Positions 37,836 to 46,199 of a stretch of 64,000 nucleotides of DNA are shown in pieces. The stretch lies in IMG/VR virus record IMGVR_UViG_3300020049_016248. The stretch is one strand, 5' to 3'. The notes beneath the pieces were generated by a model. That model searched no databases and was not told the DNA's origin. It saw only the letters and a program-made list of their open reading frames with translations. This DNA comes from a virus. Its lineage: Duplodnaviria; Heunggongvirae; Uroviricota; Caudoviricetes. The translations under genes were made by a program, and so were the position numbers. Position 1 is the first letter of the stretch. Each line of letters begins with the position of its first letter.

Positions 37836-38200
37836 ATTAATTTATATATTTGCTTGTCGTTTACGAAATCTTCATAACCTGTTTCTTTAAAACCTTGTTT
37901 TTCATAAAACAATTTTACTTCACTTTCACACCAACAATCTATAAAACTACAACCTAAAAGTTTAGCAAGTCTCTCAACTTCTTGTGTTAATTGTTTACCA
38001 TAACCTTTACCATGTAAAGTAGGACAAACTTCTATTTTTGAAATATGAAAAACTTTATTGTTTTGCTCTAACCTCCAAGCTAGATAACCTATAATTTCTC
38101 CATCAATTTCAAATTGAAGTGCTGTCTTGTCAGTAAAATAAACCTTTAACCAGTCAAATTTACTGTTTGATGTAAAACTATTTATAGGTTTAGTAATCAT
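37817..38200 (-). CDS. GNAT-family N-acetyltransferase
   Basis: IEV.PTLHGKGYGKQL (motif A), FYEKQGF; ATG overlaps the queF stop. Confidence 0.88.
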   Translation of the reverse strand: MITKPINSFTSNSKFDWLKVYFTDKTALQFEIDGEIIGYLAWRLEQNNKVFHISKIEVCPTLHGKGYGKQLTQEVERLAKLLGCSFIDCWCESEVKLFYEKQGFKETGYEDFVNDKQIYKLIKKVDS

Positions 38201-39117
38201 TATTGACCTTGTTGTTTAACTGTATAGTGATATACATTTTTTAACACTGTTGGAATCATATCATATGATGTTGCTCTAACTGGGTTAATGTCCCATGAAC
38301 CTCTACGAGAATATAAAAGCATTACACAACAATCTTCTACTTCTGGATGACTTTTTAAAGCAGTAAATAATTTTTCTGCACAAAATTCATGGAACTCATT
38401 TACTTCTCTTAAAGAGATAACTTCTTTAAGTAAACTTAAAAGATCTAACTTAGCATTCTTAAGTTTAATTTTTAAATAAAACGCTCCTGTATCTTTTTGT
38501 TTAGTATGACGACAACGACTACGTAAAACATTCGTGTAAACAGAATATGTATTATCTTGTTTATCTTCAATAATTTTTAAATGTTTTTCTTTTGCACTGT
38601 AATCTGTAAAAGATTCTTTTTCTAAAAGTTCTAAGTCGATTAAACTGTATAAATCTTCATATCCTCTAGCAGGATTAGCTGCTGTCTCATGTTTGTCCAT
38701 TCCTTCTTTGAAGAATTTTACATCAACACTAACTTGTAAAAGTTCAGATAAGTCTTTTTTAATTTGATTTGTATAATTATCAACAGCTGTATTAAGTGTA
38801 GCTCCCATTTTACACATATCAAATGAATTTGTGTAAAGTTTAATTGATTTAGATTCTACCATAAACTCTGAAGATGCATCATAACTAATTTTTAATGTAC
38901 CTGCAACAGGTAAACCATTATCAAGTAAAAATGTAGCCTCATGACAATGCCAAGTATCAACCCCTACAAATTCTTTACCAGTGATTCCCCAATCTTTACG
39001 AGCTAATTCTCTTGGCATAGCTACTAATAAACTAGAGTCAAACTTGTCTGTATAAACAGCATAACTACCACTTTGACCTAAATGCTTTGATGCAATATCA
39101 TTAATTGTTGTTTCCAT
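38200..39117 (-). CDS. queF: NADPH-dependent preQ0 reductase, long (E. coli-type) QueF
   Basis: ESKSIKLY QueF motif; catalytic Cys/Asp in SRCRHTKQKDTG; EFHE; YSRRGSWDINP. Confidence 0.93.
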   Translation of the reverse strand: METTINDIASKHLGQSGSYAVYTDKFDSSLLVAMPRELARKDWGITGKEFVGVDTWHCHEATFLLDNGLPVAGTLKISYDASSEFMVESKSIKLYTNSFDMCKMGATLNTAVDNYTNQIKKDLSELLQVSVDVKFFKEGMDKHETAANPARGYEDLYSLIDLELLEKESFTDYSAKEKHLKIIEDKQDNTYSVYTNVLRSRCRHTKQKDTGAFYLKIKLKNAKLDLLSLLKEVISLREVNEFHEFCAEKLFTALKSHPEVEDCCVMLLYSRRGSWDINPVRATSYDMIPTVLKNVYHYTVKQQGQ

Positions 39118-39126
39118 TATAATTTT

Positions 39127-39969
39127 TTATTTATTGAATAAATTTGTTCTAAATTGTCTTACGTTATATGCAATAGTACTTATCTGTGAGTGTTGCAAAA
39201 CTATATCTAAATTTTCAGCTAACTTTTCTTTCGGCTTATCAACTGTTAAGTCTAAATTTATATTAGTTTCAAACTTAATACCGTTCCAACCGTAAACAAT
39301 AGGAGCTGAAGTGTCAACAGATTTAATATACTCTCTTAATCTTTGAGGGTATAAGGTAAATTCTTTTGGTGTAGCACAACCTAATAAATGTAAAGGTTTC
39401 TTCATTTCTACTTTTGAAATCAAATCAGAAATTACTGCTACTCTATGTAGTTTATAATCTATATTATCGTAAATTTTATAAGTTGTATAGTCATATTCTT
39501 CTTTAGTAAATAAATCAAAAGGTACTGCAATAACTTCTATTTGATCTACTGTGCAATAAAAATTATACAACTCTACAAACTCTTCAATTGATTTCCCTTG
39601 CAACACTCCTATAAACTTTGGTGTTGATTTACCTCCGAATTTTGCTATATATGCTAAAGCTCTCGCCTGTGTTAAAGCTTTATTATGTAAAGCATCAGGT
39701 AAAATTAAATGAGAAGGTTTATATTGTTCCCCTATTTCAAATAAAATATTAGGGTCATAAGAATCACCTAGTTCAAATGCTGAATTGTCTAAGATAGAAT
39801 ATTCATATTCTTTTATAATATCTTTATAAAAAGTTGCATAAGTTGGGTCAAAATGTTCACCTCCAAAGTGTAAAAGATGACATAATGCGTACGGATAATC
39901 ATTAATTAAATGATGTTGTGCAAATAATACTTTAGGTATTTCGTGAGAAATTAAAGGAATGTAGTTCAT
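39127..39969 (-). CDS. TGT-fold, DpdA-like guanine transglycosylase
   Basis: ILDNSAFELG, ILPD, VLQG, LHLLG, SVDTS occur in TGT/DpdA order; ATG 39969 preferred over TTG 40017. Confidence 0.7.
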   Translation of the reverse strand: MNYIPLISHEIPKVLFAQHHLINDYPYALCHLLHFGGEHFDPTYATFYKDIIKEYEYSILDNSAFELGDSYDPNILFEIGEQYKPSHLILPDALHNKALTQARALAYIAKFGGKSTPKFIGVLQGKSIEEFVELYNFYCTVDQIEVIAVPFDLFTKEEYDYTTYKIYDNIDYKLHRVAVISDLISKVEMKKPLHLLGCATPKEFTLYPQRLREYIKSVDTSAPIVYGWNGIKFETNINLDLTVDKPKEKLAENLDIVLQHSQISTIAYNVRQFRTNLFNK

Positions 39970-39982
39970 ATTATTATATTTT

Positions 39983-40168
39983 TTAGTTTTTCTTTTTATT
40001 AAAGATCCATTTATCAATATACCAAAATATCATAGCTCCAGTTAAACAGTATAAAAACAAACTCCATAATAAGTTTAAGTGTAAATAATCTTGTAAAAAC
40101 CATAAACAAGGAATACCATAGATATTTCCTAGTTGCCAACGTAAATAGTAAATCAAATATTATTTCAT
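39983..40168 (-). CDS. small two-TM membrane protein with TAA at codon 3, or TTG start at 40156
   Basis: MK*YLIYYLRWQLGNIYGIPCLWFLQDYLHLNLLWSLFLYCLTGAMIFWYIDKWIFNKKKN*; different frame from track ORF 40014..40214. Confidence 0.6.
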
Positions 40169-40213
40169 TTTTTTGTAAAATTAATCTATTTATAAGAAAA
40201 TAACAAAGAAACA

Positions 40214-40885
40214 ATGAAATTTAACGAACAATATCCAGCATCGTTTGATAATTACCCAAGACCTTCGAGAATGAAAAAACCTGATGTTTCTCGAATTGAT
40301 ACAAGTGCAGCTACAAGATTTATTGGTTATATTGGAGATCAATTAAAAAGTATTTTAATTGATAAGTATGGTAAAACTCGTGGTGAAAAGACATTTCAAG
40401 GATTACTAGATACAGGTAATAATGCTATTTACACAGTTTGTACAGATATTATCAAAGAAAAGATTAAAATGTTTCAAGATTTAGGTATTCTTGCTCCAGA
40501 ATATATAAATAAAGATTACTTTGATACAAACTATTTTGCTTTATGGTCTAAATGGATGGATGAATATGTAAAGAAACCATATTCTCATTTGATAAAGAAA
40601 GAAGCACAAGTAAATAAATTGAAAGAAGCTCTTGAAAAAATTTCTGGAAAAAAAGTAAAACTTGTTGAAAGTAATACAAAAAAAGATTTTAACCGTGCTA
40701 AAAAATTAGTTATTTCAACTATAAAGTACTATTTCCCTGATCTCACCCCTGATGAAAAACAAGAATTATGGGATGCTGTTATTGAAGATTATTCAGAATC
40801 TGATATTAGTGAAATAACAACGCAAGATATAATAGAAATTGCAGAAAGTTCTGGTATAGGGTATGCTGGAGATGATGATGAATAG
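40214..40885 (+). CDS. late-type protein with LEKISGKKVKLVES motif, possible head cargo
   Basis: TATTTATA at 40187-40194; motif shared with the 55667 ORF N-terminus. Confidence 0.6.
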   Translation: MKFNEQYPASFDNYPRPSRMKKPDVSRIDTSAATRFIGYIGDQLKSILIDKYGKTRGEKTFQGLLDTGNNAIYTVCTDIIKEKIKMFQDLGILAPEYINKDYFDTNYFALWSKWMDEYVKKPYSHLIKKEAQVNKLKEALEKISGKKVKLVESNTKKDFNRAKKLVISTIKYYFPDLTPDEKQELWDAVIEDYSESDISEITTQDIIEIAESSGIGYAGDDDE

Positions 40886-40922
40886 TAGGTAAAATTAGAA
40901 ACTATAAAAAACTCATAACTAA

Positions 40923-41183
40923 ATGAAATTCAAATTAAAACATTCTTATTATAAGAGTGCAACTCCAGAAAAAATGCGTAAAATAGGTGATGCTATTTTA
41001 ATCGCAGGTCCAATTTTAGAAGGTGCGGTAATGCAATTACCTATTTCTGATATAACTAAACAATGGATTAACTTTGCTATTACAATCTTAACTGTTGGTG
41101 GTAAAATTTTAACTAACTTCTTTGCTGAAGATACTCATAAAGAAGAAAATTGTGATATCCCTCCAGTAGAAGGTCAAAATTAA
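40923..41183 (+). CDS. putative holin-like membrane protein
   Basis: 86 aa, two hydrophobic segments, TPEKMRKIGDAIL...GKILTNFF, acidic tail. Confidence 0.5.
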   Translation: MKFKLKHSYYKSATPEKMRKIGDAILIAGPILEGAVMQLPISDITKQWINFAITILTVGGKILTNFFAEDTHKEENCDIPPVEGQN

Positions 41184-41193
41184 GAAAGAATAA

Positions 41194-41219
41194 AAAAGCT
41201 AGATTTATATCTAGCTTTT
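41194..41219. terminator. bidirectional terminator
   Basis: aaaagctagat-ttat-atctagctttt. Confidence 0.75.
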
Positions 41220-41651
41220 CTTTTTTTTATAACCCCCTTTGAAGATTACAACTATATTTTCTTCTTTGATATGAATGTTAGGTTTAGATTCTCTAGGACC
41301 TAAGTAAACTATTATCGTTATCGGCTTTATATTTTTAGCGACCCATTTAATTTTACGAAATTGTAAATCGCTAGGTTCACCAATACCTTTATAAGCTTCT
41401 AACCCTAACATAACTTTAAAAGTTCCTAAAGATTTAATTTCTATATATTCTTCATAGTATTCAAAATCAGGAGTATAATACCCGTCAGGTGTTTGTATTC
41501 TATCAGCTTTAATTGGTAGTGTTTTCTTATATCTAACACATTCTTTTAAAAACCGTAACTCCTTTTTACCTTGACACTTAAGACCTTCGTAAACATAAAA
41601 TTTTACTTTAGATTTTTTCTTTCTTCTCTTCGAGATTTTTAACTTCTTCAC
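41211..41651 (-). CDS. PD-(D/E)XK endonuclease-like protein
   Basis: YTPDF......IEIK motif; very basic. Confidence 0.65.
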   Translation of the reverse strand: MKKLKISKRRKKKSKVKFYVYEGLKCQGKKELRFLKECVRYKKTLPIKADRIQTPDGYYTPDFEYYEEYIEIKSLGTFKVMLGLEAYKGIGEPSDLQFRKIKWVAKNIKPITIIVYLGPRESKPNIHIKEENIVVIFKGGYKKKKS

Positions 41652-42000
41652 CTTTGTTATTTTCTACGTATAACTTAACAAACTTAGTTCCACCTTTTGT
41701 TTCTTCAAGTGAATGAATATAAAAAGTCCATTCTGGATGTTTTAAAGCTAATGTAAACAAGTAAGCAAAAGAAGAAAATGCATGAGTTTTAAATACTCCA
41801 CCGTTTTTAGGGAGAACTGGAACAACAACTATATTTTGCTCTTTTACAATTTCAGAAATTACTTCAACATAAACCTGTGAATCATGAAAGAAAATACAAT
41901 TATTTAAGATTTGTGCTTTCTTTTCTTGAATACATTTATGTTTATTTAATTCAAAAAAAATATTTTGAATTGCTTTCAAAATGTTTAGCTCCTTAATCAT
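41608..42000 (-). CDS. hypothetical protein
   Basis: 130-aa ORF. Confidence 0.55.
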   Translation of the reverse strand: MIKELNILKAIQNIFFELNKHKCIQEKKAQILNNCIFFHDSQVYVEVISEIVKEQNIVVVPVLPKNGGVFKTHAFSSFAYLFTLALKHPEWTFYIHSLEETKGGTKFVKLYVENNKGEEVKNLEEKKEKI

Positions 42001-42292
42001 TTAGCTCACTATTAATTTGATTAATTAAACTAAATGGTATACCGTTTTCGTTTTCTAAATCATTATCATAAATCCATTCAGGGAATTGGTCTAACTCAAA
42101 TGTAAGAGTTGGTTCTGTAATCCCTGTATATGTATACGTAATTGGGGATTTGTAAGTGTAAGGGGAAGTAAAATCAACTGGTGATCCATAACTAGTGTTA
42201 CTTGAACCTGTAGTGATAACTATTGAACCCGTTGAACCTGTTGAACTTATACCTGTATATGTGTAATCTGTAGTGTATATAAAATTTGCCAT
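41993..42292 (-). CDS. hypothetical protein with T/S/G/Y low-complexity N-terminus
   Basis: 99-aa ORF. Confidence 0.55.
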   Translation of the reverse strand: MANFIYTTDYTYTGISSTGSTGSIVITTGSSNTSYGSPVDFTSPYTYKSPITYTYTGITEPTLTFELDQFPEWIYDNDLENENGIPFSLINQINSELND

Positions 42293-42315
42293 TAAGTTAT
42301 TTTGTTTTATAAGCT

Positions 42316-42792
42316 TTACTCTTCATAAATAGAAGAATTTGTAGTATTTTCGAAACACTCTACTTTTACAACTTTACAACGACCACCGTCTGTTAAAGCT
42401 AATCTTTCGTTAAACTTATCGAAAACTAATTTAGCAACAGACTCTGCTCCCATTTTATCCATAACAATTAACTTACAAATTCCCATTTGTGCTAATTGTT
42501 GAAAGATATCTAAATAAGGGTCATCTTTTTCAATAAGAGTAGTGTGGTCAAACTGATCATCTAACCATTCTCTCAAACCATTACCATGAGGGGGTTTCTT
42601 AAATGAACCGTAATCTACAATCCAATTCATATCATCTAATTGTTTGTCTACATCTGGTTCATTGGATGCAAACCAAACTTTAATTTCAAATGCATAACCA
42701 TGCAAAAGTTGACAGTGACTATGTTGAGCTTTCCATTGTCTCAATGCTACACTAAAATTTGTAAATGTTTTTGCTGAAAGATATCTTGCCAT
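42316..42792 (-). CDS. queD: 6-carboxytetrahydropterin synthase (QueD/PTPS family)
   Basis: HCQLLHGY, W.VDYG, FDHT.L, GAES.A, FEN..NSSIY. Confidence 0.92.
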   Translation of the reverse strand: MARYLSAKTFTNFSVALRQWKAQHSHCQLLHGYAFEIKVWFASNEPDVDKQLDDMNWIVDYGSFKKPPHGNGLREWLDDQFDHTTLIEKDDPYLDIFQQLAQMGICKLIVMDKMGAESVAKLVFDKFNERLALTDGGRCKVVKVECFENTTNSSIYEE

Positions 42793-42858
42793 AATTTTCC
42801 TTTTTTTATAAATCTGTTAACTTTTATCACAAACTACAAGTTTAAGGGGAAATTAGAC

Positions 42859-42889
42859 AAAAAAAAGCCTTAGATTAGATCTAAGGCTT
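42859..42889 (-). terminator. terminator after the small basic HTH gene
   Basis: aagccttagat-tag-atctaaggctt with a T-run on the minus strand. Confidence 0.75.
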
Positions 42890-42911
42890 ATTCTCTTACT
42901 AAAGAGGTAGA

Positions 42912-43151
42912 TTATTTTCTACGTTTAGTGATTGCGTTTGCAGCGTTAACGATTGATTCGTTGTAACGTCTTCCAGCAATTACATTACGAACATGTGATA
43001 CTGAAAATCCAGTTTTATCTGCGATTTTAGAAGCATCTTCAGTTTTGATTTTGCTTTTGTTAACAAAGTTAACTTTAGAAGTTTTCGCTGTTTTCGCGTT
43101 TTTGTTTGTTTTTGCAGATTTGTTACCTGCTTTGCTTGTTACTTTTGCCAT
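42912..43151 (-). CDS. small basic DNA-binding protein (K/A-rich tail plus HTH)
   Basis: KIADKTGFSVSHVRNVIAGRR helix-turn-helix pattern. Confidence 0.7.
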   Translation of the reverse strand: MAKVTSKAGNKSAKTNKNAKTAKTSKVNFVNKSKIKTEDASKIADKTGFSVSHVRNVIAGRRYNESIVNAANAITKRRK

Positions 43152-43215
43152 AACGTTTTTAAGTTTTAAATTATTAATACAACATAAAATTATTCAACTT
43201 TTAACATATAACCAA

Positions 43216-43833
43216 TTATTTTGTGCTCTTTTTAGTATTAGAAGGTGACGGTGATGATGATGGATTTTTTTTCTTCTTACGTCTAGGTTTATTTACAGGA
43301 TGTTTTTTTACAATTATAGGTTTAGTAGGTTCATCTTTACTTACCTTATGAGCACCTTGATTTTGATCTGATAAACTTTGAGAAAGTTCACCGTTTTGAA
43401 TAGCTTGAGCATATCTATCAACTAAAGCATCTTGAATAGACTCTTTATATAAAGGAGCAACTTTAGATACTGTATTAGGTCCTTTCTTTTCTAACTTTTC
43501 AACTAAAGGATTGATTACACCTTCTTTTCCTACTTCATTAAGATAATCTGTAGAAAGATCTGAATGTCTTTGTAAATCATCATTGATTTTACATAAAACA
43601 TGAGCAAATAACTTGTCTGTAATTTTCTTTTTGAAAAGTAATTGAAAACTAGCTATAAGTCTTTCTCTGAAAGAAAGTTTTTTAGCATTAGCTCTTATTC
43701 CCCAATATTTTTCTACATCTGATTCTAAAAACGGGTTTAACCCTAATTGAATCATTTCCATTCTAGTTTCAGAACTAATTTTAGATAAAGTTTCTTGAAA
43801 CTGTGACTTCCCCTCTTGTGTAATGTTCATCAT
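43216..43833 (-). CDS. hypothetical protein with basic, disordered C-terminus
   Basis: 205-aa ORF. Confidence 0.55.
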   Translation of the reverse strand: MMNITQEGKSQFQETLSKISSETRMEMIQLGLNPFLESDVEKYWGIRANAKKLSFRERLIASFQLLFKKKITDKLFAHVLCKINDDLQRHSDLSTDYLNEVGKEGVINPLVEKLEKKGPNTVSKVAPLYKESIQDALVDRYAQAIQNGELSQSLSDQNQGAHKVSKDEPTKPIIVKKHPVNKPRRKKKKNPSSSPSPSNTKKSTK

Positions 43834-43845
43834 TATTTTTTAATT

Positions 43846-43911
43846 TTAAATTCCTAATGTTAAGCATAATAAAAATGCTAAAAATAAGAAAATTGCAACT
43901 TTTGTTTTCAT
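43846..43911 (-). CDS. possible 21-aa hydrophobic micropeptide
   Basis: MKTKVAIFLFLAFLLCLTLGI*; aaaacaat leader; fills the gap after queE. Confidence 0.35.
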   Translation of the reverse strand: MKTKVAIFLFLAFLLCLTLGI

Positions 43912-43922
43912 ATTGTTTTAGT

Positions 43923-44843
43923 TTAAACTCCTCGTTTAGCGTGACCGAACATTAAACAATGCAATCTCGGTGCAAACACCCAACCTCTTTTAATTGCTTC
44001 TTCAGCTACCCAACCTCCTCTTTCCATTAATTCTTGAGGAGTTATACCTTCAGGCATTAAATATATATCAGTTGGACGTACTCCTTTTAAATGTTTAATG
44101 AAGTCGTTTTCAATTTCATCTAAATCCTCTACTTTTGATACAACAAATTTTAATTGAAAACTTTTATGTACTTTTCTCTTATTGTAATTTATTTCAAAAT
44201 AAGTAGATGTTGAATCTCCATTGAAACATGAATCAATATACTTTTGAATTGCGGGGATATCTCTTCTAATCTCATCATGTTTCTTCTCCCATTTTTCATT
44301 ATATTTTAATTTAGGGTCGATTTTATGAGCTAACTCAACAGCTTCTTTAGTAGGGTTAGAAGTTTTTAACTTAGGAGACATAGAAATCAAATTAGTGTAC
44401 TTAGCAATATCATCTGTATAGATTGTTGCATTCGTTTCTATTGTTGTATGAAACCCTTCTTGTTGTAGTCTCTGTAACAACTCAGCTAAAACTTCTTTTT
44501 GTAAAGTTGGTTCACCACCTGATATTACTATATGATTAATATTACCTCTGTTTTGATTTACAACTGAAACAATATCTTCAATTTCAGTTAAGTTAGTTTC
44601 AGCATAATGACTTGAATAAGCTGTGTCACAAGGTGTAGCTCCACCTTTATTATCTCTGAATACACATCGCAAATTACACCCAGAGGTACGTATAAACAAG
44701 ACAGGAACACCTATGAGTGCTCCTTCCCCTTGAAAAGTCCCTGCTACTGAATATTCTGTGTCTAGTTTTTCCGATAAACTATTACCGTCTTTATCTTTAG
44801 TAATAGGAAAGATTCCATTGTTAACTAAGTTAATTTTACTCAT
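43923..44843 (-). CDS. queE: 7-carboxy-7-deazaguanine synthase (radical SAM)
   Basis: FQGEG..IGVP..FIR.SGCNLRC...PCDT, SGGEP, TIETN, MSPKL, PRLH. Confidence 0.92.
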   Translation of the reverse strand: MSKINLVNNGIFPITKDKDGNSLSEKLDTEYSVAGTFQGEGALIGVPVLFIRTSGCNLRCVFRDNKGGATPCDTAYSSHYAETNLTEIEDIVSVVNQNRGNINHIVISGGEPTLQKEVLAELLQRLQQEGFHTTIETNATIYTDDIAKYTNLISMSPKLKTSNPTKEAVELAHKIDPKLKYNEKWEKKHDEIRRDIPAIQKYIDSCFNGDSTSTYFEINYNKRKVHKSFQLKFVVSKVEDLDEIENDFIKHLKGVRPTDIYLMPEGITPQELMERGGWVAEEAIKRGWVFAPRLHCLMFGHAKRGV

Positions 44844-45418
44844 TATAATTCACTGTTTATTGTTTTAAATAAATTTTGTAATTCAATAAAATTGTGAATA
44901 TAAGATTGTGAGAACAAGTCAACAATAACTTCTTCTATATTTACTCCAGAAAAGTTAGATTTTAAAATTGGTTCTACTTCAACTAATGTTTTGTTGAAAG
45001 TTTGAATTACGTTTGCAACATCTAATTCTTTCAAAAATGTTAAACAAGTTTCTTTTGAATCAAGTTGAAAGAATGTAGAACATACTCTATAAATTAGAGG
45101 AACGTAAACATGTTCCATTCCTTGTTTAAATAAATGAGTTAATTCAAATGCTGTATTGAATCGATCAACTAGTATTGGTTGATATGCAACATCAACTCCA
45201 TCTAATAGATGAGCTTCTCTATAATCTCGAATAACCCATTTTTCATTAGCTTCTAATTTTTTTAACTTAGAAATATTATCAACTAAATCGTTGATAGGTA
45301 CTATAGATTTTCTGACGACTTGAATGTATTCTGTTGATTCATCATCATCTTCTTCAAAATCTTTTCTTGAAACCAGAGACCCTAAGGTAGCTGCTCCAGT
45401 GCGTGGTGCTTTTGCCAT
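44843..45418 (-). CDS. hypothetical protein
   Basis: 191-aa ORF coupled to queE. Confidence 0.55.
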   Translation of the reverse strand: MAKAPRTGAATLGSLVSRKDFEEDDDESTEYIQVVRKSIVPINDLVDNISKLKKLEANEKWVIRDYREAHLLDGVDVAYQPILVDRFNTAFELTHLFKQGMEHVYVPLIYRVCSTFFQLDSKETCLTFLKELDVANVIQTFNKTLVEVEPILKSNFSGVNIEEVIVDLFSQSYIHNFIELQNLFKTINSEL

Positions 45419-45428
45419 AATTATAATT

Positions 45429-46025
45429 TTAAAATTTGTGTCTTATAACTTGAATAACATCCCATGCATCTTGTAAGGAAGTATGAGAAATTGTTGTATC
45501 TGTCAACCCTGTTCTTTTTTTACATTCTTCTAGATTAGGTAATCTATCATCAACTTTAGGGTCGAAAAATAAAATTGCAGGGTCAATTACTCTATGAGAG
45601 ATTTTAACAACATCTGTAAATACTCTACCAAAATCACAATCATGTTGTCTTAAAAAGTTCATATCAAACATTCCAAAGTTTTTACCTGCAACATTGATAG
45701 TATCTGTAAGCTTATAACCGTTCATTTGAAGAAATAATAAAAAACGTTCACCTAATTCTTTAGCAGGTATAATACCTAATTCTTCTTTTTCTTGTCTTGT
45801 CTTTTTAGAATTATCCCCTATCTTTTTAAACATTTGACTATGCATAAATAAAGGAAAAGCTTCACCTTTATAGATTGGGTATTCTAATATAGCTTCAAAT
45901 TTAGGGCATTCTTCGAAAGGTAATTTTTTTTCTAAGTCGTCAATAATTGCAGCAAATTCAATAATTTGACCTGTTCTAGGGTCAAGAGATGTTGTTTCTA
46001 TATCAATAGATACGTATTGTTTCAT
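45429..46025 (-). CDS. DEDDh 3'-5' exonuclease (DnaQ-like)
   Basis: SIDIETT, GKNFGMFD, RVIDP, SHTSLQDA. Confidence 0.85.
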   Translation of the reverse strand: MKQYVSIDIETTSLDPRTGQIIEFAAIIDDLEKKLPFEECPKFEAILEYPIYKGEAFPLFMHSQMFKKIGDNSKKTRQEKEELGIIPAKELGERFLLFLQMNGYKLTDTINVAGKNFGMFDMNFLRQHDCDFGRVFTDVVKISHRVIDPAILFFDPKVDDRLPNLEECKKRTGLTDTTISHTSLQDAWDVIQVIRHKF

Positions 46026-46091
46026 TTTTTATTTTTTCTCTAAAAATAAGTATTAGTTTTCAAACTAATGTTACAATAAGTGATAAAACAG

Positions 46092-46119
46092 AAAAACCTT
46101 AAGATTTCTCTTAAGGTTT
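46092..46119 (-). terminator. intrinsic terminator
   Basis: aaaccttaaga-tttc-tcttaaggttt. Confidence 0.75.
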
Positions 46120-46199
46120 CCTATATTGTGAAGCTTTTCTCCGCTTCGTTGGAGCTCATAACCAAAGTAAATTTAGTTACTTAGTTTTATATTACCAAC

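Noticed and set aside
40187-40194. T4-type TATAAATA promoter driving the deazaguanine operon on the minus strand
   Set aside because: Not excluded at this site, but the other copies orient the motif as sense-strand TATTTA, favouring the + gene at 40214
40014-40214. Track ORF of 66 aa on the minus strand
   Set aside because: It crosses the divergent promoter region; the other frame (39983..40168) gives a more protein-like product
42793-42860. preQ1 riboswitch upstream of the que genes
   Set aside because: No preQ1-I stem/A-rich tail pattern was recognised upstream of queD, queE or the dpdA-queF unit
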